DNA from: Takakia lepidozioides
Lineage: Eukaryota > Plantae > Bryophyta
Assembly (NCBI GenBank): GCA_030704615.1
Contig: CM060732.1
Location: forward strand, 35,402,001 to 35,466,000
DNA: 64,000 nt
Reading direction: 5' to 3'
The notes below the pieces were generated by a model. It searched no databases and was not told where the DNA came from. It saw only the letters and a list, made by a program, of their open reading frames with translations. The position numbers and the translations under genes are program-made. Shown in pieces: positions 25,761 through 37,041 of the stretch. Positions within the stretch are counted from its first letter, which is position 1, and each line of letters begins with the position of its first letter.

Positions 25761-26584
25761 TACTCTTGGTAATTTGGTAAACTCCCGGTAACTTGGTAAC
25801 TAATGGTAACTAATGGTAAATTATGGTAGATCATGGTAGACCACGGTAACTTTTGGTAACATGATAACTTAGTAACTTCTGGTATTTACATCTGGTAAGT
25901 TTCCGCTGGGCTATGTCCGTGACATCACCCCCTCCTCTAGCGTCGAGTTCCTCGAGCAGCGGTAAAATCTTGGACTTGCTTAGAGCTGGAGAAAATCCAA
26001 AATCCGGCGAATGGTACTTGCCAAATATTCGGCTCTTCGTTCTTGACTCAAATGATTTACATGTCCCTGCAACCATCGATAGTGTCCAACACCTTGAACT
26101 TGGGACCACTCAGTGATTTGAGCATTCTGATTTTCGAAACTGCCTTCAAACATGATTTCGTTGCCATCTGGGTCCGAAGCCTCAGCAAAAAAGTGGTTCT
26201 TTCCAGTGTTGTGCGGGTATATTGATTTCAATATACCCTTAGGGTATAAGTAAATTATTTTTGTCAAATCATTTACCCTCTGGGTATGGATAAATCGACA
26301 AAACATTATTCACCCTCCGGGTATGGATAAATTAACTTTTCAGATTTCTATATAACCCCCGGGTATGGATATATATGCCAAAATATGAATAGTTTCCGGG
26401 TATGGATAGTTATTTCAATTAATATGATGTTCTTCAATATGTACAAAACACAAAAAAAACAATCTAGGGTAAAAGAGAAAATTGATAAGATATTGTATAA
26501 TATTTTGGTGTTAATTTCCAATGCAAGATGGAGGAGGTTTGAGATTAAAAAAAAACACATCGGCTGGTAGGTTAGCTGGTAAGT

Positions 26585-27256
26585 TGTCGTGCGCATACAT
26601 ATCGCTACACAACTACATCACTGTCCAAAACCACACAACACATGTGCACACCACACACCAGTATACCACTAGTCCAACCACTAGGCTACAGCTAGTCAGT
26701 CACTAGGCTGCCACTATGCTGCCCACTATGGTAGTCACTAGTCCACACAATGATAAAGAAGAAGAATACAAGTACAAGCTCATGCGAGCTCACAAAACTG
26801 AATCATAAACTGATGCATATATAAACTCATCACTCAAATACAAGTCAAGCCAAATGCATCCCACGCCATGGGGAATCCACACTACGGCGTCATAGCTAGG
26901 CGCCGTGAGGCTCAACTCGAGAAAGATGAGCCTCCCGTGCTTGCCGTGAAGATAACCACTCCAGGGCCTAAATCTGCCTTGACCCCTGGATTGACACTTG
27001 GGCCAATCCCAAATGTCAATTTGTAAAAGCTAGCTATTTCCTAGCTAGTTTCACACTAGTGGTAAAATAACTTGACAGCTGTCGTGCGCATACATATCGC
27101 TACACAACTACATCGCTGTCCAAAACCACACAACACATGTGCACACCACACACTAGTATACCACTAGTCCAGCCACTAGTCCAACCACTAGGCTACAGCT
27201 AGTCAGTCACTAGGCTGCCACTATGCTGCCCACTATGGCAGTCACTAGTCCACACA
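26585..27256 (-). repeat. 3' split terminal repeat A1-gc-B2-t-A2 of the DNMT retrotransposon
   Basis: On the minus strand: A1 27256-27080 (TGTGTGG...CACGACA), gc, B2 27077-26751 (TGTCAAG...TTTATCA), t, A2 26749-26585. Then ACTT (26584-26581). Confidence 0.9.
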
Positions 27257-27258
27257 AT

Positions 27259-27270
27259 CGCCCCCCTAGC
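27259..27270 (-). promoter_or_regulatory. Polypurine tract (PPT)
   Basis: Minus strand gctaggggggcg, then at, then the TG that starts A1. Confidence 0.7.
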
Positions 27271-27516
27271 TGGTGCTTAGGTCCCTCTAAGTCCAGGTAG
27301 CCACAAGATGTGATAGTGACCATAGCCTCACTAAGTCCTCCACCACTATCCCTATTACACTCAAACTCGATAGATCAAGAGGCCGGGTGCAAGAGTTGCC
27401 CCATCGTTAGTCGCCGTCTTGCAACCTGTGAACTTGAGCTTGGGATCTCATGTATTGACTCCTATGAACTTGGCCTCCCATGTCTTGTTAGCTGCCTCCA
27501 GTCATGTCCATTGCCA

Positions 27517-27815
27517 CTATCCCAAGCAGTGTGGATACAACCAATCTCCGTCAGGAACCTTCTCAAGAGGTGATGTCAAGCATCCCATATGCCAACCCCT
27601 TGAGCATCGATCACACACCAGCATGGTGGCTGCCCCTTTGGCAGACCCACAGAGCATGCACCTCAAACCTGCAGGTACCACTGCCAAGTTTGGGTCAACT
27701 CCGCCATCGACATTGGGAAGGTGACATGGCGCACAATTACGCACATGGTCCTTCCAAGTCATGCCATCCCGAACCCTCAGAATAACATGCCCTGCAGTAA
27801 CATCCAGAGTCGTTG
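27517..27815 (-). pseudogene. Integrase C-terminus with PHD finger (inverted 3' piece of the DNMT retrotransposon pol)
   Basis: TTLDVTAGHVILRVR...HVRNCAPCH...CMLC...MLVCDRCSRGWHMGCLTSPLEKVPDGDWLYPHC (C4HC3 with one Cys->Tyr). It continues the integrase that breaks off at GDYVYLQQTAPT (38128). Confidence 0.85.
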
Positions 27816-28147
27816 TTAGGGAGCCTTGAGCTATAAGAAAGCTCCAATCACAACTAAAACAAATGCTACATATATATCATTCCTAAAATGTCATATAACC
27901 CTCTTCAGATCTCGCATATATATATATATATAAAGGAAACCTGCCCACAATTTAGGTCCTTGAGGGGGGTATTTTTTTTTTTTTTTTTTTTCTTCTTCAG
28001 GAACTTGAGGAGCGGGAAAGATTAACCCCCTTTCATTTATGGACCATGAGACCTACATGACGATCAACGCCCAGACGTACCGTCACGAACAATCCCACAC
28101 GCGGGGCAGGCCGTGGGTTCGACCATAGCGACACACACTGTGCACTT

Positions 28148-28473
28148 TGTCAAGTTCTTTTACCACTAGTGTGAAACTAGCTAGGAAATAGCTAGCTTTT
28201 ACATATTGACATTTGGGATTGGCCCAAGTGTCAATCCAGGGGTCAAGGCAGATTTAGGCCCTGGAGTGGTTATCTTCACGGCAAGCGCGGGAGGCTCATC
28301 TTTCCGAGTTGAGCCTCACCGCGCCTAGCTATGGCGCCGTAGTGTGGATTCCCCACGGCGTGGGGTGCACTTGGCTTGACTTGTATTTGAGTGATGAGTT
28401 TATATATGCATGAGTTTATGCTTCAGCTTTGTGAGCTCGCATGAGCTTGTACTTGTATTCTTCTTCTTTATCA
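28148..28473 (+). repeat. 5' terminal repeat B1 (326 bp, TG...CA)
   Basis: Near-identical reverse complement of 26751-27077. Preceded by ACTT (28144-28147). No A repeat on either side. Confidence 0.9.
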
Positions 28474-28489
28474 CTCGAGAAAGATGAGC
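28474..28489 (+). promoter_or_regulatory. Self-priming type primer-binding site
   Basis: ctcgagaaagatgagc directly follows B1. It is complementary to gctcatctttc(t)cgag inside B (28294-28308; perfect match to B2 at 26916-26931). No TGG tRNA-type PBS. Confidence 0.7.
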
Positions 28490-29949
28490 TCGAGTCTGTG
28501 AGTGCCAGGTTCGAGTTGTTTTGTAGCACTTGTGTTTTCATGAGAAGCGGTTCAGCCTAGAGTGCAGGGATCCATGCATGAGCCTATCCAAAGTGGATAG
28601 AGTGCAAAGGCGAACAGGTTGCAGGTTTGCAATGGATAGAGAGGCGGGTGAGATGCTGGTCTCGAGTGGGTGAACTGGTGGTCGTCTTCTTTAGCTGCAG
28701 GCCAAGTTAAGGAGCTGCAACAATGTGGAGCTGCGAGGGTGTTAGATATAAGTCATAGTTATCGGGAGCTCCAACTTCAAGCTCATAAGGAGGTATGAGT
28801 GAAGAGATGCAAGCCAATGCATTTGTGGCTATGTTGAGTTGGGGGTTTCAATCTGAAACTCCAGCGGTATGAGGGCTCTTGCCATGGCAAGAGCGGGGCT
28901 GGAACAGGAGCTAAGAGGTGTGGCAAGGCCATGGAATGTGCACCTAGGGTTTCAGAGCTTGGAAGAAAAGTTCTTGCACCACAAGAGCAGTGTCTTGTGG
29001 CTGGAAATGTAAGCCTTAGGGTTTCAGGAACTTGGCAAGGGCTGTGGAGTGCTTAGTCTTGTCTTAGAGAGCATCAAGGAGCCAAGGAGCCAAGATAGGG
29101 GGTTGATATCTCTTGTGTGAAGAGGTTGCATGTGTGGAGCATGTATTTAGCTCATTGAAGCTTCCATCTTCAAGCTTGGAGGGCAAGCAAGGAAGAGGGA
29201 AGGGCTGACTTCCCTTATGTGAGGGCAATGCATGTGTGGAGCATGCTATCAGCCTGGTGAAGGCTTGCACTTTCAGGTGTGGGAGTGCAAGAAAGGAAGA
29301 AAGGGGCTGGTTTCCCTGTAGGGCATGTGGAGCATGCTTTCAGCTTGTTGAAGCTTATATTTTCAGGTTTGTGGGTGCAAGAAATGAAGCAAAGGAGCTG
29401 ATTCTCTTATGGTGAGAGTGGGGCATGTGTGGACCATGCCTTCAGCCCATTGAGGCTCTTGTTTTCAAGCTTTAGAGAGCTAGAACAGAAGGTCTAGGGC
29501 TGGTTTCCACTTGGAGTGAAAGAACAGCTTTTGTAGGGCCTATGTGAGTTGGGGTTTCAACTTCAAGCTTGAAGGGAGCGCAACTCTTGAAGCAGCAGGT
29601 GTAGGGGGCTGGAATAGGCTCTAAGACAGATGCTATGGCCAATGAGAGTGCTTGAATGAGTGCTCACAAGGGCTGGAACCAGCAGGGCTTGGTTGTTTGC
29701 CATTGAGTTTAGTGGCGTGTTTGGGGAGGCTAAGTGAGAAAGAAGGCTTGGTTTGTGGCAACCATCTCATGGCTTAGGGCTACTATAGTGGTGTGTGGGA
29801 GCCGAAAGAGCAAGAATACCTTGCTGATTTCCTCACAGCTGCCATAGCTCGGTGGAAAGAAGCCTAGAGTCCAAGAGACACAAACCCTAGCTTGGCGTGG
29901 CTAAACCCCTTGGAGAAATGGCTAAACTGCCAGAGCGGCCATGGATGGG

Positions 29950-30720
29950 GCTGTGATGGGCTATCCCTGTGGCCTTGGTGGCTGTGCCGAGCTGCGCCGG
30001 TGGCCTTCAGGGCTGTGAGGGGCTGTGACAGGCCGTGCCTGAGGCCTTTGGGGCTGTGACGGGCTGTGAGGGGCTGTGTCAGGCCGTGCCTGAGGCCTTT
30101 GGGGCTGTGAGGGGCTGTGACAGGCTGTGGCGGGCTGTGCCCAGTGGCCTGTGGGGCTGTGAGGGGTTGTGAGGGGCTTGACAGGCTGTGCCCCGTGGCC
30201 TGTGGGGCTGTGACGGGCTATAAGGGGCTGTGACAGGCTATGCCCTGTTGCCTGTGGGGCTGTGACAGGTTGTGCCCTGTGGCCTGTGGGGCTGTGACGG
30301 GATGTGACAGGCTGTGACAGGCTGTGCCCTATGGCCTGTGGGGCTGTGACGGGCTGTGACAGGCTGTGCCTAGTGGCCTGTGGGGCTGTGACGGGCTGTG
30401 AGGGGCTGTGACAGGCTGTGCCCAGTGGCCTGTGGGGCTGTGACGGGCTGTGAGGGGCTGTGACCCATGTGACCTGTGTCGGGCTGTGACAGGCTGTGCC
30501 CTGTGGCCTATGGGGCTGTGAGGGGCTGTGATAGGATGTGGCCTTTGGGGCTGTGACCCTGTGACCTTTGTAGGGTTGTAACAGGCTGTGCCTATGGCCT
30601 TTGGGGTTGTGATGGGCTGTGACAGGCTGTGACATGTGGCCTTTGGGGCTGTGACCCTGTGACCTGTGTAGGGCTGTGACAGACTGTGGCCTGTGAGCTG
30701 TGTGGGCTGTACTGGTCTGT
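29950..30720 (+). repeat. GGCTGTG(A)-based minisatellite in the retrotransposon 5' leader
   Basis: Dozens of ggctgtgac/ggcctgtggggctgtga units. Confidence 0.9.
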
Positions 30721-31426
30721 GGTGGCCCGTGTTGACCTGTGGATGGCCTGTGCTGACTCGTGGAGGCACTGGTGGACTACCTAAGGACTGGTATGTGGTC
30801 TTGAAGGCCGAATTTTGAAGCTCGTGGAGGACGGTTTGAGGAGTATCTTCATGATATTCCCATGGTCATGCAAGTGAGGGAAGAGAGGAGAGGAAGAGTG
30901 TTGGGATGAGGGCATGCTGGGGTTAGGCAATGCTTTAGCTTCTCTTCCTCGTAGTTTCCACCCTCTCATTAGGCCAAGACCTTTTCGTAGGTGGAGGCAA
31001 GAGTCAGTCCGGGTTTGGGCTGGGGTGTCCTTGCGGGAGTAACACCATGGAGTTGTTTTTGGTGTGGGGGAGTTGTCGTTCTGATTTCTTGTGTTTGGAT
31101 CCCCTCCATACCTGCATGCTTCACTGTGCGCCATGCTAGTTTTGTGTGGGCGCTTGTTTTTATAGGTGATTGGTCCGGATTTGATCACTGGCCAGTCCTA
31201 GAGCATGCTGTCGATGGTGAGGCTGGGGTGATGACCAGCCAGACCATCATTGTTTCTCCTGTGGTGAGGTTGGAGGTGACGACCAGCCAACCATAGGAGT
31301 GCTTGCGGTGGATGCAGGTACAGGTGTAGGCTATGTTAGGAACTTAGTATTCCAAACCCTAAGCCGCAACAGGTTTTCTACCCGGTTACCTTGTGGAGAG
31401 GGGGTTAGGGACATATTCATGACCGG

Positions 31427-33297
31427 TTGAGTATCAACACGGAGGTGCCACTAGTTACTAGGGACAGTGCCGGTTCGAGCACTTGCGATACTAGTGGGTA
31501 CACGAGACGAGGTGTGCGGTTTAGGCCACCTTCACCTCCTGTGTCTTCTACGGAAGGTTCTGATTCGGATTGTGAATCAGGAGGACTCATACCGGCGGTG
31601 CAAGTTGTTTCTTTGCCATTGTTGTGGGACACAATGGAGGAGATGTATGGAGCTACCAAGGGGCCACGAAGATACTCTGGGGCGGTGGGCACCATCGAGT
31701 TAGATGATTTTATCCAAGAGTTTGATAGTTGGTGTGATTTGCAGCAAATGCGCAATCCACAACTATTTACGCCTTTCATGGCATGGAAGGGGCTGTTTCA
31801 GCACCTTGAGGGGCCGCCTATGGATGATTACCATGAGTGTAGGCGGGGGCATGAGGTTGAGATCGAGGAGTGGAGGATGTACTGGTCACCCGACTATGTC
31901 TCCATCACTAGGGGCACTAGAGCCACGAGGGCAGTGGCTACACCTGCCGCTGCACCGGCAGCTTCAGCAAGTAGCAGTGGGACTAGTGGGACTGGTGGTA
32001 CAGTAGCTACGACGTCCACCAAGCCACTACCGCACCAGAACTAGTACCCGTATCTGCCTTCAACCCTGTTGTGGAGTTCTTCGAAGAGTTGAGAGGGAAC
32101 TACCAAGGGGTGAGGACAGAGAAGTTGCGGAGCTTGCAAGAGTTCCAACGGAAGCCGACCGAGAGCTTGAGGGAGGCTTTCACTCGCATGAGGCGCTTGA
32201 TAAATGTAACCCAAGGGGTTACAGAAGCTCAGGCAGTCTAATTCTGGTATGGGATATTGGATAAGGAGCTGAGGAGAAGGGTGCGGGATGCAACTCTCCT
32301 ACAAGCGGCCCAACCCACCTTAGCAAATGTGTTTTTGCTGGCAGAGTGGATAGAGCTCAACATGGTGGAAGAACGAGTGGTCATGGTGGGATTTGCTAAG
32401 GAGACACCACGGGGTAGTGGTGCTCCTAGCCAATCACTACCTCAACGTGCTCAAGGCAACAAGGGGGCTCATGTGAAGCTCAAGGAAGGGCAGAGAGGAC
32501 CTCAGATGCAGGGGTCTCTCCCTTCATTTGCTGGCCAACAACGGGCGGATGTGGTGTGCTGGACATGTAGAGGACCCCATGTCAAGAAGGATTGCCCAGA
32601 GGGAGGCAAAAGGCTGGCACATGCACAGCCTGCACAGTTGCAGTGTGGGCATTGTGGCAAGCATGGGCATAGAGAGGCCCAGTGTTATGGTTTGCATCCT
32701 GAGTTGCGCCCAGGCCAGTTCCAAGGGAACAATGGTGGCCGGGGGCAAGGTGGAGCAGCCCAGAGAGGACGAGGTGGCCAGCCACGAGGTGCAGAGGTGG
32801 AGTTGGATCCACAGCGTGGGGAGGCAAGCCGTCAGGCTAGGCTTCCTCAGTCATTCACATTGGCGGAGACAGTGTCGACGCCATCCATGGCACCTAGTTC
32901 TCGCCCGATTGTTACCGAGGCGGAGGTTACTATGTCATTGGGGAGAGCTACACGGGTAGCACCACTACCTAGTGTTGCCAAGGCTACGGCAGCTAATGTG
33001 CTGCTAGGAGCGGCCACATCTGTGTGCCAGGCTCCATTGTTCTCGGCTACCATGATTGCGACGCCAGGGGTAAGACCAGCTCAGGTGTTCAGGCTGGCAG
33101 CTACACTCTGGGAGAATGGGGAGGTTACTTCATCTTCTGCGGAGATAGTGGGAGGTGTAGTGCCGGAGGGATCCTCGGATTTGAGGGTCAAGACTGCCAC
33201 GGCAGCGCCATGGCAAGCTGCAGCTGTCAGGTTGATGGAGCTGCCAGCTAGGCCAGCCATTGAGCGCGCCATGGTGACACCTGGAGTTGTCATGTGA
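31427..33297 (+). pseudogene. gag with two CCHC zinc knuckles
   Basis: ELDDFIQEFDSW, FQRKPTESLREAF, CWTCRGPHVKKDC and CGHCGKHGHREAQC. Frameshift near 32030. Confidence 0.85.
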
Positions 33298-33720
33298 GAC
33301 AACCAGGATGGCATTTTCTGTTTGAGTGGACCGTCGGGCAAGAAGTACTGGCCACTGCGGGTCTTGTTGGACTCGGGAGCTCAGCCATTGATGCTGGGCA
33401 GAGCTGCTATTGCAGGTTTGGGCCTCACGGAGGCGGATATAGAGCCTTGTCCTTTCCAGATACAGACATCTCTGGGAGGATCGGAGCAGGCTCGGGGCAT
33501 GACACGGCGTGAGTTGGCTATCAGACTACGGCCGGATAACCCTACAGATGGCTCAGTGATGCGAGCCAAGGCCATTGTGACAGACGCGGTCTCATACGAT
33601 GTCCTGGTTGGTGGGGCAGTGTTGTACCCCATGGGCTTCATCCTGGATTTTTGGGAGGAGTCAGCTTCCTATAGGCCTGCATGGCAGTCAGGGGAGGGCC
33701 GGCGTGTGCAGCTCCCTGTG
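33298..33720 (+). pseudogene. Retropepsin aspartic protease
   Basis: RVLLDSGA and SYDVLVG. Same frame as the 3' part of gag across a single TGA. Confidence 0.85.
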
Positions 33721-34074
33721 ACGTTCATAGGAGGAGTTGCGGTTGCCCAGCGAGGCAAGATGCTGACACTAGCAGCATTCACAGCGGCAGTGAGTTGGCC
33801 TAGAGAGTTGCTTGAGGGCAACACTCATTCAAAGGATATGCCACCTCCGGGAGAGCAGGATGACATGTATGGTATGGCGGAGTTGTCTACCATGGTTGCT
33901 CAGACTCCATTGTGGGGCACGAGCAAGGATTTGCAGCGGGATGCTGATCGACGGGTGCAACAAGCCTGGGTGGAGGCTTTTGTACCGTCAGGAGAGGAGA
34001 AGAGTGCGGGGATTGCACCAGGACCACCTCAGTTGTCTCCATTGGACACCACACCTATTGTGTGGCAGTATCCG

Positions 34075-35040
34075 GATGAAGGCATTTGTCTTCTGGACTT
34101 GTTTGGCGGGATCAGCACCGGATTGGCTGCTGTGTTACAGGCAGGTGTACGAGTTCGGCGTTATCTGTATGTGGAGAGAGATGAGACTACACGACGCGTT
34201 TCACTTCGCCATGTTGCTCAGTTGGTGCAGCGGTACCCTGAGTTGTTGTCGGTGTCTGCAATTCGTGGATATCAGCAGGCCTTGCCAGCAGACATTTTGT
34301 TGCTGGGGGCGCAAGATTTGGAGCGGGTTGGCTCCATTGATCTGGTAGTGGCAGGTTGGCCCTGCCAACGACATTCATCAGCCGGGCATGGCAATAGATT
34401 GTGAGACTCGAGGTCGGGTCTGTTTTGGGAGATGGTGCGGGTTTTGCGCCATTTGCAGCTTCATCAAGCTGTAACTCCAGCATACATCTTGGAGAATGTG
34501 CCACTGATGGGCGATTCTCGGGCCAGGGTGATGGCTAGTGTGCATCAAGTCCGGTCGTGGCTTGGATCAGCAGTGTTGCTAGATGCAGCTACAGTGGGGT
34601 CACGGGCTCATCGTCCACGGCTATGGTGGACTAACTTGATGCCACCCGCATTGCTCAAGCGTGCATTTGATGGGGTGCAGCGGCCAGCACATCTCACAGT
34701 GGATAGCATTCTGGACACAGGGAGGCAGTCTCAGTGTGTGAGACACGATGACCGTTCGCCTGTGGCAGTGGTCAACAAGGTGGGTCAACCACGAGCAACA
34801 TTACCTACACTGCTCAGCTTCCCAGGATCGCATGCTTTCCGGGATAGTGGACCTGGCCTCCTGTGGGATGCTCAATTGCAGCAGTTAGTGGAGCCTAATG
34901 CTGACGAGCGTGAGCGGGCAATGGGTTTTACCACTGGTACCACGGCGGTGTCGTCTCTTTCTGAGGCATCACGTCGTCAAGTGCTGGGGCAAGCAATGGA
35001 TCTCAATTGCTTGACCTGGATTATCAGCTTGGCTATGGCT
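34075..35040 (+). pseudogene. DNMT3-like C5 cytosine DNA methyltransferase domain inside the polyprotein
   Basis: Motif I LLDLFGGISTG, II YVERD, IV DLVVAGWPCQ (catalytic PC), VI YILENV, VIII RAHRPRLWWTNL, IX ERERAMGF and X RRQVLGQAMD, in canonical order. One in-frame TGA at 34402-34404. Confidence 0.9.
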
Positions 35041-35488
35041 GAGCAACGCAGAGTGCGGAGTACACTTCCTTCGATGGTCTCTCTGCCTACCGAGACGGTA
35101 CAGGCAGTGAGTGGGGGCGAGCATGTGAGGACCACGGGGTGCAGGCATCCATGGCACACATGGGAGGTGCTCGAGGTTCAGAGGGAGTTGGCAGCCAAGG
35201 TGGCGATGAAAGATGAGGTTGGGGATTTTTCTCGGGTGGAGGAAGTCCTTGAGGATGAGATGATGGGGCAGGATGAGGCCTTGTCACTGACTGATCAGGT
35301 AGGGAGTACTGCTCAAGAGGTTGCAACATAGCAACCACTGGACGTGTCCTCTACCTCTAAGCCCACTGGACTTAAGGTTGCAGTTACGGAGGACAATTGG
35401 GAGCCTGACATTGGACCCATTGTCACCGGAGGAGAGAGACGACGTATACGGCGGTTCCTGAGGGCTTATAGGAATCTTTGCCTTCATT

Positions 35489-36830
35489 TTGAAAGACTTG
35501 GGAGCACTGAAGGGTCAAGAGATCCGTATTGAGTTGGCCACTGACACGCCAATCTTTCGGAGACCCTATAGATACAGTGACATGGAGAGGTCTTTGATTC
35601 AGATGAGGACTCAAGATCTCTGGGAGGCAGGTTTGGTAGAGCTCTCTGGTGGAGAGTATGCTTTAGCCACAGTGATGCCAGCCAAGAAGGATGTTTATGG
35701 CAATTGGACGGAGAGACGTATGTGCGGTGATTACCGGCCTGTAAATCGTCAGACCAAGTCCGATAAGTATGCCATGCCAACACCAGAGGAGATCTTTGAT
35801 GCCATCGGGCATGCTAAGGTCTTTAGCACTTGGGATTTACGATCCGGATATCACCAGTTGCCAATCAAGGAGGCGGACAAGCAGAAGACGGCATTCTGGG
35901 GGATCAATGAGCACGGCAATGATTGCCTATATCAGTGGTGGTTCTTACCATTTGGGCTTAAGAATGCTCCTGTAGAGTTTCAGAGAGTCATGGATAGAAT
36001 TCTAGCAGGGGTGGACTTTGCTCGGTGCTACATAGATGACATCATCATCTTTAGTGTTACGATGGAGGAGCATGAGAGACACCTTCAGGTGGTATTAGAG
36101 CGCTTGAGAGCGCACGGATTGAAGTTGCATCCGAGGAAGTGCAAGTTTTTCCACAACCAGATTGAGTATCTGGGTCACATGATATATCCTGGAGGATTGG
36201 GGGTACAGCAGACTAAGGTAGAGGCCATTGCACAAATTCCACGCCCCACGGATGTGAGCCGAGTTCGAGCTTTCATGGGGTTGGCAAACTATTATAGACG
36301 GTTTGTCAAGGGATTTAGTACCATTGCAAAGGCTCTACCCAAGCTGACCAAGGTGGACCAGGAGTGGCAGTGGGAAGATGAGCAGGAACGAGCTTTTCAA
36401 GAGCTCTAGGCGAGGTTGACCTCGGCGCCTATCCTGAGACGACCTATCAGGGGGCGTCCCTTTCAGCTGCATACGGATTGGAGCATGCTGGGGCTTGGAG
36501 CGGTGCTCACACAGATGGATGATGAGGGAAGAGAGTTCGTAGTGGCTTATGCTAGCCGCTCGAACAACGCTGCAGAGGCTAAGTACAGCTCATATGATGG
36601 AGAGTGCTTAGCTGCAGTGTGGGCCGTGGCACACTTCAGGTGCTATCTATACGGCAATTTTTTCACCCTTGTCACGGATCACCAGCCACTCAAGTGGTTG
36701 ATGGAGTCAGACAAGCTTACGGGGAAGCTTGCACGGTGGGCACTCATACTCCAGGAGTATGACTTTCAGGTTGTGCATCGACCGGGTTTGGTCAATCGGG
36801 ATGCGGATGGATTGAGTCGCAATCCATGCA
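35489..36830 (+). pseudogene. Reverse transcriptase and RNase H
   Basis: RMCGDYRPVN, DLRSGYHQ, LPFGLKNAP, YIDD, YLGH and FMGLANYYRRFV. RNase H has LHTDWS, LAAVWAV, TDHQPL and DADGLSR. In-frame stop at 36407. Confidence 0.95.
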
Positions 36831-37041
36831 TGAACCAGCAGGATGACACTGGAGCTCGGTGGCATGGTGAGACGGACGAGGAGATGGTGTCGGGATGGCA
36901 CGCATCTGCATTTTTGTGTATCTTAGCATCGGGAGGTCAGGTTGGACCTATAACAGGGATGACTGTAGACGGAGTGTCTGAGGACCCTGAGGCTAGTGAT
37001 GAGCCAGGTGGTGCCAGAGAGATATACATGAGGATTCGGCT

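Noticed and set aside
25770-25880. Telomere-like TGGTAA repeats
   Set aside because: Irregular spacing and not TTTAGGG, so probably TE subterminal low-complexity repeats.
29961-30769. 224-aa and 146-aa HSPSQP-rich ORFs
   Set aside because: By-products of a stop-poor minisatellite.
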